Below are positions 25,741-37,935 of a DNA stretch of 64,000 nucleotides, one piece after another. Numbering within the stretch: position 1 is the first letter of the stretch; every line of letters begins with the position of its first letter. The stretch covers positions 58,592,001 to 58,656,000 of the forward strand of contig NC_087436.1 in assembly GCF_036321535.1 (NCBI RefSeq), given 5' to 3'. Source of the stretch: Camelus dromedarius (lineage: Eukaryota). The notes beneath the pieces were generated by a model. It was not told the DNA's origin, ran no database searches, and worked only from the letters and a program-made list of their open reading frames with translations. Both the position numbers and the translations under genes were made by a program.

Positions 25741-26531
25741 ATACATATGTAAACAAACAAATCAATAAATATTACAAGACTCAGTTACGGGAATTTAAAG
25801 AGTAATAAAAAGTAGAGAAGACTCAGTCTTTAGTCTCAAGAAATTTACTACTCACCAGAACAATTAAAAATGGAACACAAATATCTAATCTAGCTAAATA
25901 TTTTTTATCTATGAAAAAGAAAGGCTTATGGATTAAAAAAGAGGGGAAAACCCATAAAAGTTTCCAGTGGTGTTTACTTTGAATCAGGATTGTTAAGGTG
26001 GTTTTTTTTTTTTTGGAGACCTATGGTCTTCCATGACTCTACCTCCCCAGACCCAGAATCCTTTCCATTCTCTACCTAATAAATTCTTTATCTTTTAAGA
26101 ACTCATTCAACTATACTTATGCTACTTATGGAGCTTCCAGAACCTAGTCGAACACTGCTGGATAGTTTCTGAATATGCCTCTATTCTCACATTTCTCCCA
26201 TTACATTAATTTTTTGTATGTATGCAATTGTGACCTTTTTCAGAAAAAGAGCCACATTTCATTTATTAGTCTATAACCCAGCAACTGGCATATAATACTC
26301 TATAATAGCTTTTTTTTTGTTTATCTGTCTGTGTTTATTTGAACTTACGAATATGTAAGTGAGTAAAGGTGACATACTGCCTGAAAGTGGAATGAAAATA
26401 ATTTTATAGTGAGAACTTGGCATAATAGGGGTGTATCCCAGGTGAAGGATAAAAGCCCAGAAAACGGAGAGGTAAGGTGTGTTTACCTAAATCAAGTTCT
26501 TGGAACAGTATGAGATTAAAAAGGGAGGCTG

Positions 26532-27134
26532 TGTTAGAGCAGGCAGAAAGCTAGATATGAGCAGAGAAAGGGAGGCACAGGCCAAATGGCAGGAAACCAT
26601 ACATCTTATAAACAACAAGCGTCCTTAGGCAAACCAAGAAAAGCAGGAACCTCCAGACTGAGAGCAAACCACACATTTTGAGGTGAAAAGGATCCTAGAG
26701 GAATACAAAGAAAGGTGGGAAAAGGCAGGAAACTCTCTGTGTCCAAATGTAACCTTTCGCTCATTATGCTCTCATTACAATAAAATTAACCTTGCAGATA
26801 AGAATTACGCATCATGCACCAATGTTATGACTTCTTATCAAGACTAAATAAGGGCAAAAATCCCTCCTCCCCTTGGGAAGGTAGAGCTGGGGTGAAAATC
26901 AGGAAATATGGCCCAAATCCCCTGCCTCCCCAATGACTATTTCATCCACTCATTTTTACACCCCATGTGACCCGCCTGACAAAGAAACTCAGAGCACCTA
27001 CTCACCTCAGTCTGCCCACCCTCCCCTTGAGATCATCCTATCACTTAATAAATGCTCACTTTACTTTCTTAATCCCCATGTCTTGACTCCGAAATCTTTC
27101 TGCGATGAGACAAGAACCTACTCTCTGGCTACCA
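26532..27134 (+). mobile_element. ERV1-like solo LTR (about 600 bp), relatively young
   Basis: Starts TGTTAGAGC and ends ...CTACCA. GC is higher than the flanks with retained CpGs. AATAAA near 27047 is followed by a U5-like gaaatctttctgcgatgagacaagaacc. Confidence 0.75.
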
Positions 27135-27764
27135 CTGGACCCAGTATAAAAATTGTGGAACAGTATAGGTATAAATTCAGAGGCAATTTGTTGCTTATAA
27201 ACAACATTAGGAAAAGCTAGGTAAAGCTCTAAGCTTAATTAAATCTTTCTTCTTTTACCCCCTTTCTGTCTTAAAATATTTGCTGTGTTTATAGAATTTC
27301 TTTCTTATGTCCAGAGAGAAATTAGGCTGCCCAGACCACACCATTAACGGTAGTTTAAAAGAAATACAATTCAGATAGATGAGAATTATCTGCTTAGCAA
27401 GAGATTTAGAATCACAGGGTTGCTTGCTGCCTGTGGTACCCTTCTATAAAGAATTTTTTCAAAAATAGTCAATATCAAAGGTCACACATTGAAAAAGTCA
27501 CTTGGCATTAGAAGCCTAAGGGAAAATGCCTAGGAGAAAACATTTTGGCAAGCTTTTAAAGCCTTTCATTGAGTTGGCAACAAGACAGACCATGCTGGCC
27601 TCCCAAGCAAACAGAGCAGATGTGTCATTTCAGAGGTAGTAGAAAGGTTTCCCATCCCTAAACATCACTCTCACCTGCAAAAGCAGAGATTCATTCCTTA
27701 GTGTTGAAGGGCCAAGTTCTACTGAAATGCACAAACTTCTGAAAGGAAGGAGAGGGAGTAAATT

Positions 27765-27955
27765 AACACATGATTACTGACTACAAACTGCCAGGCATTC
27801 TGCTGGGCTTTTCATACATATTTTGTAACTAAGTTTAATTACTTGATTTACAGAGGAAAAAATTCTAGCCCAGAAAAGTTAAATTATTGCCAAAAGTCAA
27901 ATAGCCAAGTAAGTGTAAAGTCAGAATTTAACCTTAGGTTTGTGTGACTCAAAAC
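27765..27955 (-). mobile_element. MIR
   Basis: tgccaggcattctgctgggcttttcataca...tttacagaggaaaaaattctagcccagaaaagttaaattattgccaaaagtca. Confidence 0.7.
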
Positions 27956-28283
27956 TTCTCTTATGTTATTACTTTACATAGTTATATCTCATTATTTTAG
28001 GTCTAAGTATACCTGTCCTAAACTTTCTGATCACTAGATGGAAGCATGATTTGGTAAGATTTGGTAAGGGAAAGAACAGAAAGCATTTGAGAACACTGCA
28101 AGCTGGTGAGGACTCAAGGAAGAGGGACTATTGAATGCTAAAAGGACAAAGAAAGCAAAAAACAAAAATCTCAAAATTCAAAATTTTGATAGTTAATTAA
28201 GACTAGTCCCTTAGGAAATCAGCATGCCTCTATTACAAAAGATTTTAACTAGAATTTAACTACAATGTTTTGCATTTATGACT

Positions 28284-28818
28284 TGTTGGGGAGGAAAAAT
28301 AATTTTCTTTCTGCCCTTCTAGGTTCTTGCTGAGATATCCCCTGAAATAAAAGACAAGTGAACAGGAGAAAAACAAACAGAAGTTTAATAACAGCTATAC
28401 CTCCTATATACATGGGAGATATCCAAGAAAACTGCTTAGACTGTCCCAGGCTATCACTTTAAATATCATTTTCAGCGAAATACAAAAGAAAAATGTTGTG
28501 GGTTAGGGGGCCACTTATGGGAGAATCCCAGGAAAGCAGAGTGAAAAAGGGTAAGGTTGTTACGCAGATGTAAGACTTGCCTTTTCCTTTGATAAGCATT
28601 TCCAGAGATTCAGATTTGGTCATCCTCCTCTTCCTGATACAGTAAGGGAGAAATGCTCACAAGTGGAGATTGTCATTATACATGTAAATGTCCTACAAAA
28701 GGGTAACTTCTACTCAGTTTTCAGAGCTATGTCTGCTGTTTCTTAAAAATAACCAGTTTAAAATAATCCTTATGCCAAAGAGGCATATTTTGAAGTGATA
28801 AATTCTGCCTCCCCTTCA
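28284..28818 (-). mobile_element. MER34-like ERV1 solo LTR
   Basis: Minus strand begins TGAAGGGG...CAAAATATGCCTCTTTGGCATAAGGATTATTTT (MER34-group 5' end as I recall it) and ends ...CCCCAACA. Confidence 0.75.
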
Positions 28819-29229
28819 GTTTTAATAAATTTACTCGTTTTTCAACAAAGGAAAACATCACCTATGCAAAGCTTTCTGTGTATTTAGATGTATGCTACAA
28901 TTATAATTCAAAATATGAAATTACAATTACTTGAGATATACAAGTATATAAAGCAAGAAATATACAGGAAATGCATTATATATTTATTCTAAAAGGTGTA
29001 ACTTTTCAAATTATCAAATGAAATTGACAAGGCTCTGTCCATCATTATATAAACCACCTTTGTGTTTGATGGAACAGAAATAAACTGATTGGTAATAAAT
29101 GACGAGTAATAAACTGCATAAAGATCTAGTAAGTAACATAAAGTTATCACTTTTGGTTTAATTCATACATAACCATAGTCAAAAATCTACTGAGTTTATT
29201 AAATACCAATTAAGTACTGTTAATGTATA

Positions 29230-29870
29230 CTCTCAGTTTCCAGTCCAGTATGCTCAAATTTTCTTTCCATTTCTCCTTCCCTGTTCCTCTTCTTTAGGCA
29301 ATTCCTAAAATATTGATGTTCTCCAAGAGTTTCTGTATCTTTCCAATTCTCTGCCCAAGTGAGCTCATCCACTTCCAGGTCTGTGACACTTACATATCTG
29401 AGTTTTTCTTAACTCATCTCGAGCTCTCTTTCTATTTCTTAATTCTCCATAATTAGTTCAGTACAATACATCCAGTACAAACATGTGAGGTACAATATGT
29501 ACAATATAAATGTAACTGCTTACTCCTCTCCAAGAAACATAGCACAAAAGCTCATTATTGCTCTAAGAGTCATCTACATATTTACCTTTACTGATATGCT
29601 TCCTATGCGCTAACCACCCTAAACTGCTTATCATTCATTCCTTGAACCTGTCATGCCTGTTTTTATTTGTGCTGGTCCCTCTGCTTTTCTTTTGTATACT
29701 TTAAGAACTCCCTTTTGAGCCACTTACACCATGAAGTAAGCAAAAGTTTTTTCTAATCTTACCAGATTGTTCCCTTATCTAATTAATACCTTATCTACAA
29801 CTATATATAATGGAATTATCAAGGATGTCTTAAAATTATTTATGATCATGTTATCTCCAGGCCTATCTTA
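29230..29870 (+). mobile_element. L2 fragment, degenerate
   Basis: Pyrimidine-rich with L2-like motifs (gagctcatccacttccagg, cattccttgaacctgtcatgc). Confidence 0.4.
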
Positions 29871-29884
29871 ACAAATCTTGATAT

Positions 29885-30229
29885 TGTAAAAAAAAAAAAT
29901 TAATAAACAGAGACCGCAATTAGGTAGAGCTGGTAGACCAGAGGGGGGAACTCTCATGCCCTGTAGCAATAGTAGAGCCCAACAAGAAAAAAGACTCTGT
30001 GTCTTTCCTGTCTATGACTCAGTCAATGAAAAGCCACGGACTCTAGTGTACTGTAGTCTTCCCAACGTCCTTTTTCTCTGTATAAAAGAGTTAATCTTCC
30101 TTTGTCATGCAGGGACTTGCACATGACTTGCCATGGTTGCAGACCCTAAAATACAAGTCTCTGCTGATTCTGAGAAAAACCTTTCTTTGCTGGAGAAATA
30201 TCTGGCAGTCTATTTGTTTCAGATCAACA
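29885..30229 (+). mobile_element. ERV1-like solo LTR (about 345 bp)
   Basis: TGTAAA start; TATAAAA at 30081; 3' end ggagaaatatctggcagtctatttgtttcagatcaaCA, typical of MER4-group LTR ends. Confidence 0.7.
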
Positions 30230-31424
30230 GGATCTACATAGGTCCAGAAAGATCTATATTCTTAAGAGTTTTTAAATACAGAATTATCAAATAAATATAT
30301 ATCTTTAGAATATATTTAAAATGTCATACTTGAAAATATTGTATCCCAGAAATTTAACGGTAAAAGTTAACTACCTATTTAATATTTGTATTGTAAATAT
30401 GTATTTAATGAATGTTGTTTTCATTTTAGGAAATAATCCTAACCTTGACCATATCATCATACAAAAAATCGTGTATTATGGATTTACTTTGCTAAGAATG
30501 GGAAAAATATATAACAGGTAAATTCAACTTACTTAATGATCATTAAATGATCATTGTAAACAAATGGTATGTACGAATGGGAGTTAAAAAGCAAGTGTAT
30601 ATCATTTTATTTGTCAAAAAAGAGTGAGAGTACCTTGAAATACAGGTAACCTTACCAGGAAAGGTAAGAAGAGCAAACTTCAAATTAGTTTCAAACTTTC
30701 AAATTTATTTTGTGTTCTTGTTTAAAAGAGCTCTAATCTGTTGCCTAAATATTCTGATTGTTGGTAAACTTCATCACTAACTTAAATACGGTTTTAACAA
30801 AATATGACAAGTTTAAAAGACTAATAATGTTATAAATTTCTCTAAATGACTTAAATTTTCAGAATTAAAATCATAACAAAATAACTTCAAATTGACCTTG
30901 TCCCCAGGCACTTGACATTTCTTGTTAGGCATAATTCATTTAAAAGTTCTACAGAAATGCCTTTTTTCTCAAATATAAATATTCTTAAATAGATACTAGA
31001 TCCAAAGTTTGGTAATACTAGCTCAGCCTGACAGCATAGTCAAAATCCTCTTTTACACTTTATCTAACATAGAAAGACTCAGTGCTGTACAGAGAGAGAG
31101 TACAAGTTTTTGTGTATGTATATGTATGTTCCAGAAAATCATAATGATTTGGCCATTTTTTGGTTAAAGATAGCATACAGTCTTACAACCTTGGCTAGAT
31201 TGTATTTGGCTACAGAGCAATGATTTCATTGTGTTTTAGCCACTTCCAAATTGTTTGACCCCAGACAAAAAACATCCACTTGTTCATCATTTATTAAGCA
31301 TGTGATTTGGCTGGCTCTTTCCAAAGCTCACTGCTTTGATTTTTCCAGTGCATTAGTTACTATAGAAACAATGTCATTGAAATATGAAAAGTATAGTGAC
31401 ATACCAAATCATAGTAGACCATAT

Positions 31425-31615
31425 ATAGAGAGAGAAAGAGATGTACGTGTGTTTGTGCACACTTGTATAAACATATATACACATCTATGCATGTATATAT
31501 GCTGGCAGTATATGTATACTTGTATACAACATACATATACTGGTTTATAGTACAGATCTACATATAATTTGTTAATACATACATATATAATATATATGCA
31601 ATACACATACACATA
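31425..31615. repeat. Low-complexity (TA/CA/TG) tract
   Basis: Degenerate alternating purine-pyrimidine sequence. Confidence 0.75.
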
Positions 31616-31955
31616 TTAGGTTGAGAATCTCATCAATCAGAAGGATGCAAGGTTTCAACATAAGGTGTGGCTAAGTTAGTAAAACCAGATAATTTTAAAA
31701 TAGAATTTTTTTCTAATACTTAAATTTTCAAATATGTAAGTACAAAGAAAAAGGCAGAGAACATTTTGTTGTGTATTTAAAATTCTTAACTCTAATGTAA
31801 GGAATCCACAAAATATACATATAAGGCAGAATTCAAAAATGTGTCAAATATTTAAAACTATAATTTCAGAAGAACAAACAAAAATGACAAATTTGAGAAA
31901 AAACTCTTTCCTCAGCTATCTTCATATGAAATTTAACTATTTAAAATGCATATTT

Positions 31956-32112
31956 GAGGGGAGGGTATAGCTCAGTGGTAGAGTGCTTGGCTAGCATGCA
32001 CAAGGTCGTGGGTTCAATCCCCAGTACCTCCATTAAAAAATAAACAAATAAATAAATAATCTAATTACCTTCCCCCATGAAAATACGTAACTAAATAAAA
32101 TTTTTTAAATAA
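31956..32112 (+). mobile_element. tRNA-derived SINE (camelid Vic-1-like)
   Basis: tRNA-like head ggggagggtatagctcagtggtagag...gggttcaatccccagtacctcca with A and B boxes, and an A-rich tail with ctaattaccttccccc. Perfect 14-bp TSD taaaatgcatattt (31942-31955, 32113-32126). Confidence 0.9.
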
Positions 32113-33734
32113 TAAAATGCATATTTTCCTAAATATGAACATTAATAAATGAATTAACTTAAAACAAAGGAGCATCCTTAGTAGAAGAAATGTGACATTG
32201 TGAGCAAGTATAACCATAAGATCAATATTTCAATATATCAAAAGGAAAGTAATTTTACTTGACATTTTAACTTTTGAAAAATTATAACCAAAGGGTTTTT
32301 TATCCTCCATAATCTGTGGCTACAAATTAACATTTTTGCACAACTGACACAAATTTTACTGTCTATCATGGCTATTAGACAAAATGGGTGGCTTGTGGAA
32401 AAAGTTAAAACATACAAAACAGAATTTTATCTCTCATATATGTGATGTCCAGTAAGCACAAGATTGATCTCAAAAGAGAAAGTGCATAAACTTACTCATA
32501 GTTTTCAGTAATATTTTAGGTATGAGAAAAATTCTCTATGCTTTAGAAATATTTTTTAAATATTGAAAAATGAGTGTTATCTAGTTCCCAGTGAGTATTT
32601 TGTTGTTGTTTTTATGAGAAACCACACTTCATTAGGAAAACAACCAGATAAAAGGTACTGTTTGGATTTATTTATCACAACATAAAGTTAGATATTATAT
32701 TAGAATAAGCCAACTCGTTATCATATGTTGCCCTCATTCCCTTCCCTTTTCTTTATAATATGAAAGTCTTTCTAAAAGAAAGATAAAATTCAATTGCTAT
32801 CTAATGCTACTCACAGTTACATTTCTAATATTTACTTCATGAAAACCTGTATTCAAAACTTTAAAAACTGCTCAGGCATGAAGCCTGGTTTACTGGTTAA
32901 GTAGTACAGTTTTTGCATGCCTATTTAAATAACTTCAAGAAACTAAAATATCAATTGGTCCAAAGAAATATTAGTGGCAAAACATATTCTATTTTAGAGA
33001 AATGAAACACTACAAATATTTTGAGGTATATGTATTTTCAAAAACTGGGTACACACTGGTAGTCATGACTGAAAGAATCTCTAACATAAAGGATCCTACA
33101 TTATACAGAGAAAATACAAATCATAAACATGTCAACAAATGCATTCAAAATAGAAATAACCTAAGTTTAATAAGAGATAGTAATAAAAGAAAATATTGTG
33201 TTCTTGGATAATTAGGAGAAGAGTTCGACTAGGATGAACAGAGAAATCTGTCATGAATAGGTCAACTTTGAGGTGACTCTTGAATAATAAGAATGAGGCA
33301 ACATGTAAAGATCTTTAAAAAAAGATTCTAAGCAGAAAATAGGACAAAATCTTGAGAAATAAACTTTACACAGAGAAACTTATAAGTCATTTTTTAAAAT
33401 CACAGCAATGATAAAGGGGATGGTGTGGTAAGTACAGGAGAAAAGTCTCACTGACCTATCATTTCCCATATGATTTCTCACCTCCCTTTCATCTGTATTG
33501 TATTAGGCAATTATCATAGCAGTTTCTGCTAATTCTTATTAGTCCAGTCAAGTCTAGGACAACATTAATTATAAATACCTGAACCAGGTTTGCCATACTC
33601 CAACCTACATAGTGGCATATAGTGGACATGTAATAAAGTCTGATTGACTTGCTGACACAATTTGTATAGTGTATTACATCTTTTAATCAAATAAAACTAA
33701 CTCATATTTGTCAGTTTAAAAATAATTATACTCT

Positions 33735-33915
33735 TGAGAAGATGGTAGCAGTGGCAGCAACACTGGCATTTCAATTTTTTTAATTCTTTAACTCTTTAAA
33801 TTCCCATAAGGAAAAAACAAGACAGAACAGTAAGAGAACAAACAAAAATCACACAAGTAACCCAAAATTAAATGACAAAGTATACTCACAAACCTGAAAA
33901 CACAAGCCATAATAA
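33735..33915 (+). mobile_element. HAL1/ancient L1 5' fragment
   Basis: gagaagatggtagcagtggcagc start resembles HAL1/L1 5' ends; may pair with 37030-37930. Confidence 0.35.
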
Positions 33916-34532
33916 TCTCAGATCTGCAGGTCTGGGGCTTATAAACAGAGGAAAGCAAAGGAAACCATTTTCACTAGCCCTTGACCCATTCCTTCTTTTA
34001 GCAACAGTCTTGAAGACAGTAGCCCATGTTTCCTATGTGGGACCTGGCCCCTCATTCCAGAGGAAGAAGAGTAGACCTTGTTTACAAATTATTGTACGCA
34101 TCTGTTCTAACCTGTCTCGGAGAGACATTAAGGACTGACACAGCCTGCTTATCTCTATTTTGCCTAAGTCAGAACTCACCCAAGCCAGAAAAGTGGTGAG
34201 CACGGCTTGACAACATTGTAAGGTGTAGAAAAATTTGCAAGTGCCTGAGGCAGTAGTTCACAGTTGAGACATAAAACAGACTATCTAAGACCTGAGAGAA
34301 ATAGCTGGGAAAGATTTTTCTTGTAAAAATCTGGGCAATCAATATGGGGTGGGTAAAGGGAAATTAGAAAGCCACGTGCATGCCGATAGTAAGATGCATG
34401 CTCAGACAGGATGAAGGAAGACCTTAAGCTTCCAGTTTGGGCTCTTATCTAGGCTCAGCTCAAGTCTGGCTAAATGGTGAAGGAAGGTTCCAGCACAAGG
34501 CCAATCTGCAAAGACTGAAAGGGAAGGTAATT

Positions 34533-34553
34533 TGCTTGCTTGCTTGCTTGCTT
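34533..34553. repeat. (GCTT)n microsatellite
   Basis: tgcttgcttgcttgcttgctt. Confidence 0.85.
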
Positions 34554-34974
34554 GTTTTTATTTTTTAGCTCCTGGCATTCAAGGAAACCTCTGTCAAAGC
34601 ACTAGCCAAACACAAGCTAAGGAACAGAGACTTCAGGGACTGTAAACAATAAGGAATACCATCTGTGCAAAAATAGTAAGGAAAAATCACTGGACAAATG
34701 GACTACTATTATAGCCCATGATCAATCAAATAAATACATAAATAAAAGCAAACTCTGAAGGAGAGGGAGAGAATCTGATTTCCAAAAATAAAAGTACAGC
34801 TCATTCAAAAAGTCAAAATAAACTAACAGAAACCAACCCTAAAGAAGTCCAGATATTGGATTTACTAGACAAAAACTTTAAAACAACTGTCGTAAGTATG
34901 CGTAAAGTGCTAAAGAAAAATATGGATGAACTATACACCAAAGGAAAAAAAATGGAAATCAGGAAAATTATATA

Positions 34975-35636
34975 CAATAGTCCTTCCTTATTCCCAGGGG
35001 ATACATTCGAAGACCCCTAGTAGATGCCAAAAACTACAGATAGTGTCAAACACTGCATATACTATACATTTTCCTATACATACATATCTATGATGAAGTT
35101 TAATTTATAAATTAGGCACAGTAAGAGATTAACAATAATAACTAATAATAAAATAGAACAATTACAACATACTGTAATAGAAGTTATGTGAATGCAGTCT
35201 CTTTTTCACTTTCCCCCTCTCAAAATATCTTATTGCAATTCATTTATACTTCTTCTTATGATGATGTGAGATGATAAATGCCTACATGATGAGATGAAGT
35301 GAGGTGAATGATGTACAGACTGTGATGTGATGTTAGCATAATATTGACCCTATGACAATAAATAAGAAGGCAGAGGATCTACTTCTGGTGATCCTGGATC
35401 ACTGAGCCATGAAATGTCAATGGCTGGATGTCAGGAGCAGATGATGTTGATGGTAGGGGATCCCAGGCAGGACACAGCAGGACAGCACAATATTTCATCA
35501 CGCTACTCATAACAGCACGAATTTAAGACTATGAATTATTTATTTCTGGAATCTTCCATTTAATATTTTTAGACCTCAGTTAACTGTATGTAACTGAAAC
35601 TGCAGAAAATGAAACCAGGATTAGGGGTAACTACTG
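34975..35636 (+). mobile_element. MER44-type (Tigger7-derived) DNA transposon, long form
   Basis: TA-flanked with degenerate terminal inverted repeats (caatagtccttccttattc...gattaggggtaactactg). Contains atgatgaagtttaatttataaattaggcacagtaagaga, shared with 40085-40564. Confidence 0.88.
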
Positions 35637-36077
35637 TATGAACAAAATGAAATTATCATTAAAGAGAAAGAAATTATAAAAATGAAACAAACCAAAATTC
35701 TGGAGTTGAAGGAATTCAAAAGCAGATTTTTGCAGGCAGAATAGAGAATCAGTGAACTTGAAGACAAGACAATTTAAATTATCGAGTCTGAGTTGAAGAA
35801 AGAAAACTCAGATAAAGAAAAGTTAACTAACGGCCTAAAGGAACTGTGAAAAACCATCAAGCAGACCAACATATGCATTCTGAGGAGTCCAGAAGGAGAT
35901 GAGACAGAGGAAAAGGGCAAAAAATAGTATTTGAGAAAATGATAGCCAAAAACGTCTCAAAGTTGATGAAAGTTACAAAACTATATATCCAAAAACCTTA
36001 AAAATTCCTAGTAAGACAAACGTAAAGAGAGATCAATACCAAGACACATTATAACCGGACTGTTAAAAGCAAAGAAT

Positions 36078-37015
36078 TCAGTATCCAGAATATATAAAGA
36101 ACTACAACTCAACAGAGACAACCCAACTTAAAATGGGCAAAGCACTTGAATAGACATTTTGCCAAGGAACATAAAGATGGCCAATAAGCAAATGAACAGA
36201 TGTTCAACGTCATCAGTTATTAGAGAAGTGAAAATTAAAGCCAAAATAAGATACCACTTCACATCTATCTGAATGTTTATAATGAAAAAAAAAGGAAAAT
36301 AAAAAGTGTTGGTGAGGGTGTGGAAAAACTGGACCCTTCATATTAGCTGATGGGAATGTAAAGAGGGTCAGCCACTGTGAAAAACAGTTTAACAATTCCT
36401 TAAAATGCTAAACCTGTAATTAACCATCTGATCCAGCAATTCCACTCATAGGTATATACTCTAAATGAATGAAAAAAGGGACTCAAACGAACACTTGCAC
36501 ACCAATATTCATTGCAACATTGTTCACAACAGCCAAAAAGCAAAAAGAACTCTAGGGCCCATCAACAAATGAACTAATAAACAAAATGTGATATATATCT
36601 ACAGTAAGGATATTATTCAGTCATAAAAAAGAACAGAGTTCTAAAGGAAATTCTGACACATCCTACAACATAGTTGTACCTAGAAAACATAATGCTAAGT
36701 GAAATAAGTCAGACACAAAAGGTCAAATATTGTATAATTCCACTTATATGAAATATCTAGAATAGGCAAATATCTAGATACACAAAGTAGATTAGAAGTT
36801 ATCAGGAGCTGGGGGGAGGGGGATTGGGGAGTTATTGCTTAATGAGTAAAAAGTTTCTGTTTAGAGTGATGGAAAAGGTTTGGAAAGTAGTAGTGGTGAT
36901 GTTTGCACATAATTGTGAGTGTACTTAATGCCACTAACCTGTACATTTATTAAAAATGGACAAAATGGCATGTTTTATGTGAAGTATATTTTGTCATAAT
37001 AGAATAAAAATAAAA
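36078..37015 (+). mobile_element. L1MB-like ORF2 end and 3' UTR
   Basis: gtatccagaatatataaagaac...aaaatgggcaaagcacttgaatagacattt...atccagcaattccactcataggtatata...aatgctaagtgaaataagtcagacacaaaagg; AATAAA near 37003. Confidence 0.88.
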
Positions 37016-37029
37016 ATAATTTTAAAACA

Positions 37030-37935
37030 AAGACTCAGAAAGAAGATGAGACACAATAGAAGATGCCTTAAGAAAAATAGAAGAGGGAAAAGGAAGGCAA
37101 CTTTAAAAACTAAAAAAGAAATAAAACTTAAAAAGGATTGAAGACAAACTGATATATATGGAAGGCAGGCAAAAAGATTTCATGCACCTATGTGAGGAGA
37201 CCCCAAAGACTAAAACGAAAGCAAAGGACCACAAAATAATTTTTAAATTCTAATTTAAGGAAATTTTCCTGAAATTAAAAAAAAAAATGTTAAACTAAAA
37301 ATTGAAGAGCACGCCATGTTCCTGAAAGATCACAGAAAGTTAGAATCTTTTCTTAAAAAGTGAGAGATTACTCTATTAGAGAATAACAAAATATCCTTTG
37401 GGTATTTGGGGGATTAAAGAGCAAGGTTTAAGGGAAAAAAACAGCAAGGGAAAGTAAATTAGAGTATGAGTAGATTTTTCAGCACTAAAGCTGTATACTA
37501 ACCAAAAATGAGGTAGCAAATGTATGGTACTCAAAAATTGAATTTTACATTCAACAAAACTGGCATTCAGTCAACCAAAATGACTAGCAAGACTCACAGA
37601 AAAGGACAGGTAGTGAGCACTGACCAACGATAACTTGTAGAAATAAGACAAAATGGAAATTATAATGGACTGTGGTAATGTAATAACTATTTGCCTCCAT
37701 AAATTGAGTATAGCAGACATAAAGAAATAGAGAGAGAATGTTACTTTTGAGGACAGGAAACAATTTGTGATTAGGATGGAAGTAGATGGAGGGCCTTCTA
37801 GGATGACCAGTAAAGTTTTATTTCTTGATCTTGCTATGGTTACAAAAATGTTTACCTTACAGTAAGTTCTTAAACTGTACATTTTTGCATGTTTGGTTTC
37901 ATCATCTATGCTTTATTTTACATTAAAAGATTTTA
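37030..37935 (+). mobile_element. HAL1/L1ME-like fragment
   Basis: ORF1-like aggaaattttcctgaaatt...aaattgaagagcacgccatgttcctgaaa, followed by an old-L1-type 3' end (tttatttcttgatcttgctatggttacaaaaatgttt). Confidence 0.5.

Larger units (their letters stand above)
33920..36075 (+). mobile_element. Old L1 5' UTR/ORF1 region, interrupted by MER44
   Basis: 35720-35790 translates to SRFLQAE*RISELEDKT (ORF1p coiled coil, cf. SRLDQAEERISELED); accaagacacattata near 36040 gives the PRHII motif. Confidence 0.8.

Noticed and set aside
31958..32032. Possible tRNA gene
   Set aside because: Followed by an A-rich SINE tail rather than a T-run terminator and flanked by a TSD; it is a SINE head.
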